From Bacteroidales bacterium (GTDB lineage Bacteria; Bacteroidota; Bacteroidia; Bacteroidales; PUMT01): 64,000 nucleotides of DNA. The notes beneath the pieces were generated by a model that was not told the origin of the DNA, ran no database searches, and saw nothing but the letters and a program-made list of their open reading frames with translations. The translations under genes and the position numbers were made by a program. This document shows positions 17,061-28,136 of this stretch, piece after piece (positions within the stretch are counted from its first letter, which is position 1; the number at the start of each line of letters is the position of its first letter). The stretch is from assembly GCA_007135095.1 (NCBI GenBank), contig SLJO01000067.1, positions 5,849 through 69,848 on the forward strand, read 5' to 3'.

Positions 17061-19316
17061 TCAGGCTCTTTTTTTTCCGGCCTCCTCATTGCCGGTATCC
17101 GGTGCCGCTTCCTTTTCCTTTGCTTTACCAGTTTTTACTTTGCCCGCTGCCTTTTTGCCGTGCTCCTTTCCCTGTCCTGTTCCATGATTATAGGCTTTAT
17201 CGCCATCATCTCCGTGTTTTTTCCGGGTCTCTTTTGATTTTGCCGGGGACTCGTTCCCCGGCGGTTTGCTTTCCGTATCGCCGGGTGAGTGATTGCTGCT
17301 GCCCGGTTCACTGCCTGCCTCCTGAGGAACAGGCTGCTTGAGGAGAGGCTCCGTCTCGGGTTTTTTATATTTTCTTGCACCAAAGACGTTTTCAAGGTCT
17401 TCACTGAAGATAACCTCCTTATCGAGCAATAATTCCGCGAGCCTGGTCAGCTTCTTCTTGTTTTTTATCAGCAGGTCTTTTGCACGGTTATAGGCATTGT
17501 CAACAATATTTTTTACTTCCTTGTCTATCAATTCGGCCGTCTTCTCACTGTAGGGCTTGGAAAAGTTATATTCATTCTGACCCGAGGAATCATAAAAACT
17601 TATATTGCCAATGTTTTTGCTCATTCCAAAATAGCTGACCATGGCATAAGCCTGTTTTGTGATCCGCTCAAGATCATTAAGAGCTCCGGTAGATATCTTG
17701 TTGAAGTTGACCTCCTCGGATGCACGGCCGCCCAGTGCAACGCACATCTCGTCACTGAGCTGTTCGGTGGTGGTTATCTGCCTCTCCTCGGGCAGGTACC
17801 AGGCCGCACCAAGGGATCTGCCCCTGGGGATAATGGTAACCTTGACAAGAGGATGGGCATGCTCAAGCAGCCAGCTTAAAGCGGCATGGCCGGCCTCGTG
17901 AAAGGCAATGGTCCGCTTTTCCTCCATGGAAATGATCTTGTTCTTACGCTCAAGTCCGCCGATTATCCGGTCAATGGCATCAAGAAAATCCTGTTTGCCT
18001 ACTTCCTTCTTGTCCTTGCGCGCAGCTATCAATGCGGCTTCATTGCAAACATTGGCAATATCGGCACCTGAAAAGCCGGGCGTCTGCTTGGCCATAAAGT
18101 CAACGTTTAGATTCTTCTCCAGCTTAACAGGCCGGAGATGGACCTGGAATATCTCTGATCTCTCGTTAAGATCGGGAAGCTCAACGTGCACCTGCCTGTC
18201 AAATCTTCCTGCCCTTAAAAGTGCACGGTCAAGAACATCCGCGCGGTTGGTCGCTGCAAGCAAAATGACTCCCATGTTGGGTTCAAAACCATCCATTTCG
18301 GTAAGCAGCTGGTTAAGGGTGTTTTCCCTTTCATCGTTGGCACCGAACCCTGGGTTTTTCCCCCTTGCACGTCCTACAGCATCAATCTCGTCAATAAAAA
18401 CGATACACGGTGCCTTTTCCTTGGCCTGCTTGAAAAGGTCCCTGACCCTTGAGGCACCGACGCCGACAAACATTTCAACAAAATCAGACCCTGAAATTGA
18501 GAAGAACGGCACATTTGCCTCTCCGGCTACTGCCTTTGCAAGCAGAGTTTTTCCGGTTCCCGGGGGGCCTACCAGCAGCACTCCCTTGGGGATCTTTCCT
18601 CCAAGCTGGGTATATTTCTCGGGCTTCTTGAGGAAATCGACAATTTCCTTGACCTCCATCTTTGCCTCGGCAAGTCCGGCAACATCCTTGAAATCGATCT
18701 TCACATGCGATTCCTTGTCAAACATTTTAGCCTTTGACTTGCCCACATTGAATATCCCTCCCGGTCCGCCGCCTCCGGCGCTGCCGCTCATGCGGCGAAA
18801 AATAAATATCCAGATTGCCACCAGTATGAAAATGGGCAACAGCCAGCTTAATGCATCGGTGAAATAATCACGTTCAGTGACATAATTTACACTTACCCTG
18901 TCCTCCTGGGGAAAATCTTCCTGTGCTTCACGCAAACGGTCTTCAAACAACTCAACTGAGCCAATGGTGAAAATGTAGTGGGGTCCGGATCTGGAAGCCG
19001 AAGAAAACCCCCTGTCAAACAACTCTTCATATTTCGGATGGTCAAGCCTGTCCTGCTTTATGTATATCCTGGCGACTTCCCTGTTTACCACTTCAATTTT
19101 TTCAACATCCCGGGCACTTAGCATATCCCGCTCAAATTGCTGAAAATTGATCTCAACAGGTTTGCTGCCGGTACCGAAAATCTGAATGGCTATAAAAATA
19201 ACTGCAATGATCCCGTAAATCCAGTAGAGATTAAATTTGGGCCCCTTACCATTACCTTTATCTTCGGGCTTTTTGCCCTGATTCCGGTTATTTTTATTCT
19301 GGTCCTTTTCTAACAT
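17061..19316 (-). CDS. ftsH: ATP-dependent zinc metalloprotease FtsH
   Basis: 751 aa with Walker A GPPGTGKT, the SRH region and the zinc motif HEAGHA. It has a long Lys/Gly/Glu/Pro-rich C-terminal tail. Confidence 0.95.
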   Translation of the reverse strand: MLEKDQNKNNRNQGKKPEDKGNGKGPKFNLYWIYGIIAVIFIAIQIFGTGSKPVEINFQQFERDMLSARDVEKIEVVNREVARIYIKQDRLDHPKYEELFDRGFSSASRSGPHYIFTIGSVELFEDRLREAQEDFPQEDRVSVNYVTERDYFTDALSWLLPIFILVAIWIFIFRRMSGSAGGGGPGGIFNVGKSKAKMFDKESHVKIDFKDVAGLAEAKMEVKEIVDFLKKPEKYTQLGGKIPKGVLLVGPPGTGKTLLAKAVAGEANVPFFSISGSDFVEMFVGVGASRVRDLFKQAKEKAPCIVFIDEIDAVGRARGKNPGFGANDERENTLNQLLTEMDGFEPNMGVILLAATNRADVLDRALLRAGRFDRQVHVELPDLNERSEIFQVHLRPVKLEKNLNVDFMAKQTPGFSGADIANVCNEAALIAARKDKKEVGKQDFLDAIDRIIGGLERKNKIISMEEKRTIAFHEAGHAALSWLLEHAHPLVKVTIIPRGRSLGAAWYLPEERQITTTEQLSDEMCVALGGRASEEVNFNKISTGALNDLERITKQAYAMVSYFGMSKNIGNISFYDSSGQNEYNFSKPYSEKTAELIDKEVKNIVDNAYNRAKDLLIKNKKKLTRLAELLLDKEVIFSEDLENVFGARKYKKPETEPLLKQPVPQEAGSEPGSSNHSPGDTESKPPGNESPAKSKETRKKHGDDGDKAYNHGTGQGKEHGKKAAGKVKTGKAKEKEAAPDTGNEEAGKKRA

Positions 19317-19338
19317 ATATTAACAATAAATTTTCATC

Positions 19339-19707
19339 CTAATCAATTTTTACAATATTACCATCTGCCCACAGTTCCTCAAGCTGGTAAAAATCCCTGT
19401 ATTCTTTCTGAAAAACATGAACCACTATGCTGCCATAATCAAGAAGCACCCAGCGGGCATTTTCATGTCCCTCCTTATGACAGGATGGCCATTCCAGTTT
19501 TTCCTTCATCTCCCTTTCCACCGAGTCGGCTATGGCATTTACGTGGGTGTTTGAATCGCCGTGACAAATCAAAAAATGCTGACAAATCCTCTGCTCCAGG
19601 GAGGTAAGATCTATGTCAACGATCTCCTTGCCCTTGACCTTCCTGATCCCTCCAATTATATTGTATAACAGAGTTTCTGTCGTAATGTTTTCTATTTGTT
19701 TACCCAT
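19339..19707 (-). CDS. rsfS: Ribosome silencing factor RsfS (iojap family)
   Basis: 122 aa. DYGSIVVHVFQKEYRDFYQLEELW is typical of RsfS. It lies immediately upstream of ftsH, as in many Bacteroidota. Confidence 0.85.
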   Translation of the reverse strand: MGKQIENITTETLLYNIIGGIRKVKGKEIVDIDLTSLEQRICQHFLICHGDSNTHVNAIADSVEREMKEKLEWPSCHKEGHENARWVLLDYGSIVVHVFQKEYRDFYQLEELWADGNIVKID

Positions 19708-19870
19708 TAAATAATTTTGTCTGTAAAGTTAATCAAATTTTAGTATAATCACGGTATTCCCGCGTAACCACAATATCATGTGGCAATTCTTCATACCTGA
19801 TTAATAAGTCGTTTCTAAAACGTACTTTTGAGGGCCATATTGTTGAACGCTCATCATTAAAAAAAATGCC

Positions 19871-20614
19871 ATGCGCCTGGTTGGAAAAACATTACTGGAG
19901 TTCCCGTCCCTTGATTCCACCAATGAGTACTGCAGGAAAATAGCAGGCTCCCAGGAGATGACCGAAGGCACTGTGGTCTGGACAACAAGCCAGTTAAAAG
20001 GGCGCGGACAGGGAAAAAACACCTGGGAAAGTGAAGACGGGCAAAACCTGACTTTCTCCGTCTTTCTTCGTCCCGTATTCATGGAACCCGCAGAGCAGTT
20101 CTTCCTTTCCATGGTTGCTTCCCTGGGAATAGCAGACTGGATCAAGGGGCACATAAAAAGTGTTTCCATTAAATGGCCAAACGATATTTATGCCGGCAAC
20201 AGGAAAATTGCAGGCATCCTTATCGAAAACTCAGTTATCGAAAACAGGATAAACCATTCCATCATCGGTATTGGGGTGAATATCAACCAGACACGTTTTG
20301 GAGATCATTTACCAAACCCGGTATCATTGAAGCAGATTACCTCGCGTTCATATTCACTCAAAGACGCCCTTGATCAGATCTGCAGCCGGATAGAATTCTG
20401 GTACCTTGGGCTGAAACGGGGCCACCGGCAGGAAATCAAAAACCATTATACCAGCCAGCTTCTGCGGCTGAACGAAAAACACACCTGCAGGGCCGGCGGC
20501 AAAACTTACCAGGCTTGTATAAGGGGGGTGGATAATTTCGGCCGGCTCGCCCTTGAGGATGAAAAAGGGATTGTAAGGCATTTCGGCTTAAAGGAAGTGG
20601 AATTCCTGAAGTAG
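19871..20614 (+). CDS. birA: Biotin--[acetyl-CoA-carboxylase] ligase
   Basis: 247 aa. SQLKGRGQGKNTWES is a GRGRxGRxW-type biotin-binding loop. It also has KWPNDIY and IAGILIE. Confidence 0.85.
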   Translation: MRLVGKTLLEFPSLDSTNEYCRKIAGSQEMTEGTVVWTTSQLKGRGQGKNTWESEDGQNLTFSVFLRPVFMEPAEQFFLSMVASLGIADWIKGHIKSVSIKWPNDIYAGNRKIAGILIENSVIENRINHSIIGIGVNINQTRFGDHLPNPVSLKQITSRSYSLKDALDQICSRIEFWYLGLKRGHRQEIKNHYTSQLLRLNEKHTCRAGGKTYQACIRGVDNFGRLALEDEKGIVRHFGLKEVEFLK

Positions 20615-20619
20615 TTTTT

Positions 20620-21042
20620 TCATCCCCATTCACGGCTGTTAAGATGCTCCGAGAGCTGGGAGGCAACAACCTCGAGGCCTTCCTTAAGGGGCTTTTTGGC
20701 TACCGCCTGCATTATCATATTAAGGTCGGCCTGCAAAACAATTTTCATTGCAGTGGCCCCGGTTCCCGAATCTTCAAGACCGATCAGCACATTGAACTGA
20801 AAAGGCAGCGACCCGTCGGATTCGAATACGACGTTTTTACGGGGCTCCCTTGAAACAATACGTATTATCACCTCTCCAAGACCCTCCGCCTTAAAACGGC
20901 AGCTATCCTTCTGCGCCTCAAAATTGCTTACCTTGCCATCGGGCACCAGGGAGGTGAAGTTGTTTATATCGGAAATAAACCCGTAAACATCTTCCCTGCC
21001 GGCATTTATTTTTTTTTCTGAGCTTTGGAATGTTGTCACCAT
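20620..21042 (-). CDS. SRPBCC-superfamily (CoxG/START-like) protein
   Basis: 140 aa whose size and pattern (INAGREDVYGFISDINNFTSLVP) resemble SRPBCC ligand-binding proteins. There is no catalytic motif. Confidence 0.45.
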   Translation of the reverse strand: MVTTFQSSEKKINAGREDVYGFISDINNFTSLVPDGKVSNFEAQKDSCRFKAEGLGEVIIRIVSREPRKNVVFESDGSLPFQFNVLIGLEDSGTGATAMKIVLQADLNMIMQAVAKKPLKEGLEVVASQLSEHLNSREWG

Positions 21043-21055
21043 GTCTTTTATTTGT

Positions 21056-21688
21056 TTAATTCCCCCAGTCCGCGGGATTAAGCCTCCAGTTTTTCAGTGT
21101 CTCGAGATGTTCGGGACCAACAAGTCCCATTTCACTGGCCACCCCGATAAGTGTATGGTAATTTGTAAGGGTTTGCAGCCTGCAGTTATTCTTCCAGAAG
21201 CTTTCAGAAGCAACGTCAAAGCCATATGTAAATATTGCCAGCATCCCCAGGATCTCGCAACCTTTTTTCCTCAGGGCATCAACGGCTGAAAGAGAGCTCC
21301 TGCCGGTCGAAACCAGGTCTTCGATTACCACCACCCGGTCATTTCTTTCCACCTTTCCCTCAACCCTGCCTGCAAGTCCGTGCGCCTTGGGTGATGCCCT
21401 TACATAGGCAAAAGGCAGATCGAGCATATCGGCAACCAGCACACCGTGGGCAATTGCCCCTGTTGCAACTCCTGCTACAAGGGTGACTCCGGGATAATTA
21501 TCCTGTATAAGTTCGCCGAATGACCGGCTTATAAGTTTCCTTGTGTCCGGAAATGACAATACAAGCCGGTTATCACAGTAAATGGGCGCTTTCCAGCCTG
21601 AGGCCCATAAAAAAGGTTTTGCTGGTTCCAATTTAATTGCTTTAATTTGCAGCAAATGTTTGGCAATTTTCCTTTCTGTTTTCTTCAT
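21056..21688 (-). CDS. pyrE: Orotate phosphoribosyltransferase
   Basis: PRPP-binding motif VVVIEDLVSTGRSS and WASGWKAPIYCDNR. I chose the start at the second ATG (21688) so that it does not overlap the divergent Nudix gene. Confidence 0.9.
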   Translation of the reverse strand: MKKTERKIAKHLLQIKAIKLEPAKPFLWASGWKAPIYCDNRLVLSFPDTRKLISRSFGELIQDNYPGVTLVAGVATGAIAHGVLVADMLDLPFAYVRASPKAHGLAGRVEGKVERNDRVVVIEDLVSTGRSSLSAVDALRKKGCEILGMLAIFTYGFDVASESFWKNNCRLQTLTNYHTLIGVASEMGLVGPEHLETLKNWRLNPADWGN

Positions 21689-21695
21689 CAGGCAA

Positions 21696-22313
21696 ATGTA
21701 TAAAGTTTTTTTCAACGAGCGAATTGTTTTTCTGACACATGATTTTCTAAGAAGCTTTCAGGAAAATCAGGGTCTTTTCTATAAGTTTCGGGATAAAAGT
21801 GAACTCAAGGAGCTGCTGCTGGTCTTTCTGGCCCTGAAAAAGATATCACAGCTGTTTATATGCCATAATGATGCCGACGAGTTGTTCATGGAGTTTCGTT
21901 CATGTTTCCGCTACGTGGAGGCTGCCGGGGGACTGGTCAGGAATAGCCAGGGAGAGGTATTGTTCATCAACCGGTTCGATAAATGGGACCTTCCAAAGGG
22001 GAAGGTCGAGAAAAATGAAACGGCCCGGGAGACTGCATTAAGGGAGGTAGAGGAGGAATGCGGCATCAGCGGACTGGAAATTGTGTCGGAGCTGCAGCCA
22101 ACATACCACACCTATTTTGAAAAAGCACTTCCCCATCTGAAAAAAACCAGGTGGTTTGAAATGGCCTATGCCGGCAATCAGAAGCCCAAACCGCAAACCG
22201 AGGAGTTTATCACAAACATAATATGGGCCAGGGAAAAAGATTTAACGATCATACAGAAAAACACCTACCCTTCGATAATTGACCTGCTTCTGGAAGCCTC
22301 GGTAATTACATGA
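21696..22313 (+). CDS. NUDIX hydrolase
   Basis: Nudix box GKVEKNETARETALREVEEECGI (Gx5Ex7REUxEExGU). I moved the start to ATG 21696 (MYKVFFNERIVF). Confidence 0.8.
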   Translation: MYKVFFNERIVFLTHDFLRSFQENQGLFYKFRDKSELKELLLVFLALKKISQLFICHNDADELFMEFRSCFRYVEAAGGLVRNSQGEVLFINRFDKWDLPKGKVEKNETARETALREVEEECGISGLEIVSELQPTYHTYFEKALPHLKKTRWFEMAYAGNQKPKPQTEEFITNIIWAREKDLTIIQKNTYPSIIDLLLEASVIT

Positions 22314-23742
22314 CCTCACCACGTTCGCGCATTGTCCTGAAAAGAAACAGCTCAAAGTCCTCCGCCGGAGAAGGCGCCGGAGCCATCAGTGTTTTTCCGT
22401 CGCGGTCTATAAGATAATAACTCGGGAACATCCTTACATCATAATCCTTTAGTACCGAAGGCTGATTTCCGTAATACAGGAATTCCCAGTCATAATCATT
22501 CTTGCCAAGAAATTCCAGCATTGACCCGTAGTCCCTGTCAATAAAAACAGTCACTATTTTCAGGTAATCACCATGATTTTTCTTTAACCGGTTTAAAATT
22601 TCATACTCCGAAAGGCAGCTGTAACTTGCCGCGGTACAAAAATTAAGGTAAACATAGTGGCCCCTGTAGTCCTGCAGGCTCTTCATCGCGCCTTCCCGGT
22701 CCATGAGCATAAATCCGGGAGGGTCGAATCCGGGAAGCAAACGGGTAACCTTGTCCCTGATATGCAGCGATATCTGTGCATGTTCCGGGTAAAGGGTACT
22801 TGCTGTAAGGGAATCAAGCACGGCAAGCAGGCCTGAACGTGAAAAATCAGAACCATAAAAGGCGTCATGGAGACCTTTCAGAACAACCAGCTCCAGCAAC
22901 CGGCCACTGCCAAGAACCATATCGGTCTGCAATGTATTCATGAGAGATGAAAGGCTTTTCTTTTCGTTAATATCGCTAAAGATCCTGCTCCCCCTCACGG
23001 TGCGGGAAAAAAACAAAAAATAACGGTTAAAGACCTGGTTGAAGAGCTCCATATATGCAATATTATCATAAGCCACAGGCTTGTCGAGGAAATAATTGCC
23101 GGAAAGACGGCGGGAGGACTGGATACGGGCAATGCTCCCCAAAAGCCCCATTTTGTATTTCCTGTAGTCATCGAAATAATCATGCTGCACACCTTTGAAA
23201 ATGCGGTCCATTTCCGATGACACCGAATCAAGAAAATGGCTGCCCTGTTCGGGGGTCATATGCACCAGTGACCCCTGGAACAAAGGATCATACATATCAT
23301 CAAAACTCCGGATAAGTGAATTCAGTGCTGCGCTGTCCTGGTTGACAACTGCAATATGGGTTGGAACTCCTTCAAAATAAGGGTTCAGTGATTCATGAGG
23401 CGCCTTTTCAGTTTTCGGCGGAAGCACAACCCTGTATTCCTCTCCTGCCTCGGCGTACATGAAAATGAAGTATCTGCCGGCATGGGAAAAAATATACAAA
23501 GGCTCCTGCCCGGCATCAAACTCCACGGAAAATTCATCGTTGTCATCAACCGGGAATCTGAACAACTCCTTTTCAGTGAAGCTGATCTGATCGGTCCATG
23601 TATAAAAAACAACCTCTTCACCTGCATACCCCGGGGCCTGCCCGTAAATCCGCACGGAAAGATCATCCCCTGAGCCCCTTGAGGGAAAAACCAGAAGCCA
23701 GAAACCAGCAATAAAACAAAACACAAATCGCATAGGCGACAC
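22306..23742 (-). CDS. Thioredoxin-fold (TlpA/AhpC-TSA-like) protein with large N-terminal domain and a non-canonical active site
   Basis: 478 aa with a signal peptide. The C-terminal ~130 aa have a TlpA-like pattern (YVYLNF..., MFPSYYLIDRDGK), but the usual WCxxC position reads FCTAASYSC. Confidence 0.55.
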   Translation of the reverse strand: MSPMRFVFCFIAGFWLLVFPSRGSGDDLSVRIYGQAPGYAGEEVVFYTWTDQISFTEKELFRFPVDDNDEFSVEFDAGQEPLYIFSHAGRYFIFMYAEAGEEYRVVLPPKTEKAPHESLNPYFEGVPTHIAVVNQDSAALNSLIRSFDDMYDPLFQGSLVHMTPEQGSHFLDSVSSEMDRIFKGVQHDYFDDYRKYKMGLLGSIARIQSSRRLSGNYFLDKPVAYDNIAYMELFNQVFNRYFLFFSRTVRGSRIFSDINEKKSLSSLMNTLQTDMVLGSGRLLELVVLKGLHDAFYGSDFSRSGLLAVLDSLTASTLYPEHAQISLHIRDKVTRLLPGFDPPGFMLMDREGAMKSLQDYRGHYVYLNFCTAASYSCLSEYEILNRLKKNHGDYLKIVTVFIDRDYGSMLEFLGKNDYDWEFLYYGNQPSVLKDYDVRMFPSYYLIDRDGKTLMAPAPSPAEDFELFLFRTMRERGEVM

Positions 23743-23744
23743 CT

Positions 23745-24218
23745 TCAGGATTTATATTCATTAATTCCAACACCGCGGGGGACAAACCTTGAAACGTCAC
23801 CTCCGTTTTTTATTATATCCCTTACTATTGTTGAGTTGATATAAGTGTGCTCGGGCCTGGTAAGCAAAAATACAGATTCTATATCACCGGCCATGGCATT
23901 GTTAACCTGGGCAATCGCCCTTTCGAATTCAAAATCAGCTGCAGTCCGGAGTCCTCTCAAAATAAATGATGCGTTTTTTTTCCTGCAGAAATCAACTGTT
24001 AATCCTTCAAACCAGGTAACTTCAACAGCAGGCTTGTCGCGGAAAACATTCTCGATCCACTCAAGTCTTTTTTCAAGGGGAAAGTAGCCTTTCTTATCTG
24101 AGTTATACCCGATTGCAATCACAACCTTGTCAAAAATGGCCAGGGCCCTTAAAACCAGGGATTCATGACCTATGGTGAAAGGATCAAAAGAACCGGGAAA
24201 CAGAGCGGTTTTTTGCAT
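23745..24218 (-). CDS. coaD: Pantetheine-phosphate adenylyltransferase
   Basis: 157 aa. FPGSFDPFTIGHESL carries the nucleotidyltransferase T/HxGH motif. Confidence 0.95.
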   Translation of the reverse strand: MQKTALFPGSFDPFTIGHESLVLRALAIFDKVVIAIGYNSDKKGYFPLEKRLEWIENVFRDKPAVEVTWFEGLTVDFCRKKNASFILRGLRTAADFEFERAIAQVNNAMAGDIESVFLLTRPEHTYINSTIVRDIIKNGGDVSRFVPRGVGINEYKS

Positions 24219-24423
24219 AAAAAAATATTATCGGTTAATATGCATTATATAAGGGCATGGAAATCACTAAAGGTGTTTCAAAGGCTTTCAAACCCTTATT
24301 AAGTTGATGATTCAAGCGACAAATATACATGAATTTTCGCTACGCTCAGACAGCCCGGAATTTTAAACGACAAGCCAAAACTCATGACGGCGGGTTCAAG
24401 GGGAAAAATTGCGCCTGTATGAA

Positions 24424-24954
24424 TCAGGGTTTCTGCATAAAAACTATACTGCCAAAAACCACATTTACATCTATACTGAAATGCGGCATTCCGGGGTCAT
24501 AGTTATCGGATTTATAGGTTCCCCTTCCAAAATGGGGTGAATTCCTTCCTGGCATCTTCACAGTGGCAAATACTGCGTCAACCTTTATCTCCACAGGGAC
24601 GCCGGATGGAAGATATACTGTGCCCGATGAGAATACACTGTTAATGGAAAGTTCCGTTTTTCCTTCAGGCATTTCCATTTCAGCCAGGTCAAAATTGGCA
24701 CGGGAAAAAGCCATTTGGTAATCATCGAAAAGATCAGCGGGAACCTCCAGTTCATAGGATCTGAAAAAAATTTCATTTTTGCCCCAACTCACCGGCCATA
24801 TCGAAAAACTACCGGAGATAATCTTTATCCCCAATAAAATCAAAATCCCTCCGGCCATGACCTTAACAGCGGGGAAGCCGGAACTGAGCATCCTTACAAG
24901 AAGCGCCGCACCAAAAAAAACCATTAGAATGCCCCAAAAAAAAAGATTGTCCAT
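24424..24954 (-). CDS. Small membrane protein, LiaF C-terminal-domain-like (hypothetical)
   Basis: 176 aa with two N-terminal TM helices. The C-terminal beta-rich part resembles the DUF2154/LiaF C-terminal pattern (INSVFSSGTVYLP..., VDAVFATVKMP..., VNVVFGSIVF). Confidence 0.35.
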   Translation of the reverse strand: MDNLFFWGILMVFFGAALLVRMLSSGFPAVKVMAGGILILLGIKIISGSFSIWPVSWGKNEIFFRSYELEVPADLFDDYQMAFSRANFDLAEMEMPEGKTELSINSVFSSGTVYLPSGVPVEIKVDAVFATVKMPGRNSPHFGRGTYKSDNYDPGMPHFSIDVNVVFGSIVFMQKP

Positions 24955-25082
24955 TAAAAATAATGATAGCTTGTTTCTGCATTAAACTAACTCCGTTCCG
25001 GAAGAAATATTATAATATGGCGGTCGGCAGGCGAGAATTTTTGGAGCAGTCATTTTTTTACAAAACAGGGCAGGGGATAACG

Positions 25083-27551
25083 CTAATCTACAATATCAAC
25101 CGCCAGGGGCTCCTTCACTTTTTCCTTTAAAAGGGCAAGGTCAAGAACATCAATTATGGTTCTCACATAATGCAGGGTAAGCCCTTTTAAGTAAATTTCA
25201 TTGATTTTCTCCATGTCTTTCCTGTTATCCTCAGACAGGATTATATGAGAAATATTTGCCCTTTTGGCAGCGAGAATTTTCTCTTTAATTCCGCCAACAG
25301 GTAATACCCGTCCGCGCAGGGTGATCTCGCCGGTCATTGCCAGCGCCTTTTTTACTTTCCTGCGGGTAAAGGCAGATGCCATCGCGGTGACCATGGTGAT
25401 GCCGGCTGAAGGCCCGTCCTTTGGAATGGCTCCCTCGGGTACGTGTATATGGACATTTGCCTTTTCAAACAATTCGGGCCTGATATCAAGAAAGTTCGCG
25501 TGAGCCTTAAGATATTCAAGGGCAATCTTTGCCGATTCCTTCATTACCTCCCCCAGGTTCCCGGTGATTGTCAGATTTCCCTTGCCCCTGCTGAGACTTG
25601 TTTCCACGAATAATATCTCTCCTCCGGCCGGGGTAACAGCCATTCCTGTGACAACACCTGCAAAATCATTTCCCTGGTAAAAATCCCGGCTATACTCGGG
25701 CGGCCCAAGGATCTCCCTTACCAGTTCCGGCTTCAGCTTCCGGTCAAATTCCTCATTAAAGGCCTGCCTTTTTGCAAGGCCCCTTACAATCTTGGCTATT
25801 TTCTTGTCAAGCTCCCTTACCCCTGATTCGCGGGTATGGTTTTCAACAATTGTTTCAAGAGTTCTTTTTGAAAAAAATACGGAATCCTTTTCGAGACCGT
25901 GATTCAGCAACTGCTTTGGCACAAGGTGCCTGCGGGCTATTTCTATTTTCTCCTCAACTATATACCCGTTTACATTGATCATCTCCATCCGGTCGCGCAG
26001 CGCAGGATGAATAGTGTTGGCCGTATTGGCGGTGGCTATGAATAAAACCCTTGAGAGATCATATTCCACTTCAAGGTAATTGTCGTGGAAAGTGGCATTC
26101 TGCTCAGGGTCGAGTACCTCAAGCAGGGCAGAGGCAGGATCGCCGTGTACATCCCGTCCAACTTTATCTATTTCATCGAGAATAAAAACCGGATTTGATG
26201 ATTTCGCTTTTCTGATATTCTGAATTATCCTGCCCGGCATGGCTCCTACATATGTTTTACGGTGCCCGCGTATTTCCGATTCATCATGTAATCCGCCGAG
26301 CGACATTCTGACATACTTTCTGCCTATTGCGCCGGCAACAGAACGCCCCAGTGAGGTTTTCCCGACACCCGGGGGGCCTATCAGGCATATGATCGGTGAC
26401 TTCATGTCCCCTTTCAGCTTAAGGACTGCGAGATGCTCAAGTATCCGTTCCTTAACGGTATCCAGTCCGAAATGATCGCGGTCCAGCATCTTTTGTGCCT
26501 TTTTAAGATCAAACTTATCAGTTGTATATTCTTCCCAGGGCAGCTCGAGCAGAAGATGCACATAATTCATCTGGACAGAATATTCACCCGAAGCAGGATT
26601 CATGCGCTGCAGCCTGGCCAGTTCCTTCATGAATGTTTCACCTGTTTCCGCCGGCCATTTCATGGTTTTGGCTTTTTCGCGCATTTCTGCAATCTCCTTT
26701 TCCATCGGACTGCCACCAAGTTCATTCTGAATGGTCTTCATCTGCTGGAGCAGCAAATATTCTCTCTGCTGCTGGTCAAGTTCGGATTTAACCTTTGACT
26801 GGATATCCTTTTTAAGCTCAAGCATCTGCACCTCTTTACTCAGGTATTCGAGCAGCACCTCAGCCCTGCTGTAAATTTCATTTGTTTCCAGCAGTTTTTG
26901 CTTGGAGTCCAGATCAACATCAGAATTGGAGCAGATAAAATTCACAAGAAAGGTTGAGCTTTCTATGTTTTTAACTGCAAATGAAGCCTCGGGGGGTATA
27001 TTTGTTGATAACCTGATGATTTTCAAGGACAAATCCTTCAGAGACCCGATAAGCGCCTGGAACTGGTTTCCCTTTTTCTTTGGGATCAGTTCGTCCAGGC
27101 TGGTAACTGATGCCTGCAGATAAGGTTCTTCCGATATAAGCTCTTTTATCTCAAAGCGTTTTTTGCCCTGTATGATCACAGAAGTTGCGCCATCAGGCAT
27201 TTCAAGAATTTTGATGATCTTGGCGGCTGTCCCGACCCGGTGCAGGTCATCAAGCACGGGGTCATCCGTCTCCATGTCCTTTTGGGCAACAGCCCCTACC
27301 AGCATATCGCCCTTATAGGCATCCCTGATAAGCTTAATGGTTTTTTTCCGTCCGACAGTTATGGGTATGATAACCCCCGGAAACAATACCGAATTCCTCA
27401 GGGGTAGCAGCGGCAGGATGGAAGGCACCTCTGTTTTGCTTAATGAATCCTCGTCTTCATCAGAAATGAGAGTGATATAATCCGCATCCTGATCACTATG
27501 ATCCTTGCCAAGTATATTTGCCCAAATAGTGTCTTTGTCTTTTTTTCTCAT
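25083..27551 (-). CDS. lon: Endopeptidase La (Lon protease)
   Basis: 822 aa with a LON N-domain, Walker [10 protein letters not shown] and the catalytic Ser motif [11 protein letters not shown]. Confidence 0.95.
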   Translation of the reverse strand: MRKKDKDTIWANILGKDHSDQDADYITLISDEDEDSLSKTEVPSILPLLPLRNSVLFPGVIIPITVGRKKTIKLIRDAYKGDMLVGAVAQKDMETDDPVLDDLHRVGTAAKIIKILEMPDGATSVIIQGKKRFEIKELISEEPYLQASVTSLDELIPKKKGNQFQALIGSLKDLSLKIIRLSTNIPPEASFAVKNIESSTFLVNFICSNSDVDLDSKQKLLETNEIYSRAEVLLEYLSKEVQMLELKKDIQSKVKSELDQQQREYLLLQQMKTIQNELGGSPMEKEIAEMREKAKTMKWPAETGETFMKELARLQRMNPASGEYSVQMNYVHLLLELPWEEYTTDKFDLKKAQKMLDRDHFGLDTVKERILEHLAVLKLKGDMKSPIICLIGPPGVGKTSLGRSVAGAIGRKYVRMSLGGLHDESEIRGHRKTYVGAMPGRIIQNIRKAKSSNPVFILDEIDKVGRDVHGDPASALLEVLDPEQNATFHDNYLEVEYDLSRVLFIATANTANTIHPALRDRMEMINVNGYIVEEKIEIARRHLVPKQLLNHGLEKDSVFFSKRTLETIVENHTRESGVRELDKKIAKIVRGLAKRQAFNEEFDRKLKPELVREILGPPEYSRDFYQGNDFAGVVTGMAVTPAGGEILFVETSLSRGKGNLTITGNLGEVMKESAKIALEYLKAHANFLDIRPELFEKANVHIHVPEGAIPKDGPSAGITMVTAMASAFTRRKVKKALAMTGEITLRGRVLPVGGIKEKILAAKRANISHIILSEDNRKDMEKINEIYLKGLTLHYVRTIIDVLDLALLKEKVKEPLAVDIVD

Positions 27552-27660
27552 CTGTTAATCCTGTAAAACTACAATATTTTCACCTGATACTCTTATTAAC
27601 AAACTATTTTGAATAAGGTTTGATTTAATCAGCCAGGCTCACGGTCAATCTGTGTCAACA

Positions 27661-27690
27661 AACAAAAAGCCCTGCATGTGCAGGGCCTTT
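27661..27690 (-). terminator. Rho-independent terminator of rpmE2
   Basis: The minus strand reads GCCCTG-CACATG-CAGGGC followed by TTTTTGTT. It lies about 20 nt after the stop at 27710. Confidence 0.7.
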
Positions 27691-27709
27691 AATATGTTCA
27701 ATGGAAGAT

Positions 27710-27976
27710 TTATTTATTTTTCTTGTCCATATGGCTTTTATACCTGTTCATAAACTTGTCAACACGACCTGCCGTGTCAACCAGTTTCATTTTACCTGTA
27801 TAAAAGGGATGTGAAGTATTGGAAATCTCCAGTTTAAAAAGCGGATATTCCTTTCCGTCCTCAAGTTTGATCTTCTCCTTGGTGGGAGCAGTGGAACGGG
27901 AAATAAAGTAATTATCGTTCGACATGTCTTTGAAAACAACCAGACGGTAATTTTCCGGGTGAGTATCTTTCTTCAT
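27710..27976 (-). CDS. rpmE2: 50S ribosomal protein L31 type B
   Basis: 88 aa starting [17 protein letters not shown], with HPFYTGK and no CxxC zinc knuckle. Confidence 0.9.
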   Translation of the reverse strand: MKKDTHPENYRLVVFKDMSNDNYFISRSTAPTKEKIKLEDGKEYPLFKLEISNTSHPFYTGKMKLVDTAGRVDKFMNRYKSHMDKKNK

Positions 27977-28035
27977 ATCTTCTAATTTATTCAGGAAGTT
28001 CTTTCTTTAAATTATAAACTATTATAAACGGTTTG

Positions 28036-28043
28036 CAAAGATA
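28036..28043 (-). promoter_or_regulatory. Candidate -7 promoter box for rpmE2
   Basis: CAAAGATA on the + strand reads TATCTTTG on the minus strand. It lies about 60 nt upstream of the ATG. The same octamer precedes the tRNA-His gene and the GNAT operon. Confidence 0.35.
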
Positions 28044-28136
28044 ATGTTTTCATTAAAAAATTCCAAACAATATCAAATAATTCCAGCCATTAAATAATTA
28101 ACCCCCGGCACCAGGCCAGGCAGGAACAACCTTGCG

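Noticed and set aside
24901-24950. A9 and A8 runs (T9 and T8 on the coding strand) within the first 16 codons of the LiaF-like membrane protein gene.
   Set aside because: They encode Phe-Phe pairs (LFFW, VFFG) in a hydrophobic helix. This is a plausible composition effect with no supporting evidence for slippage.
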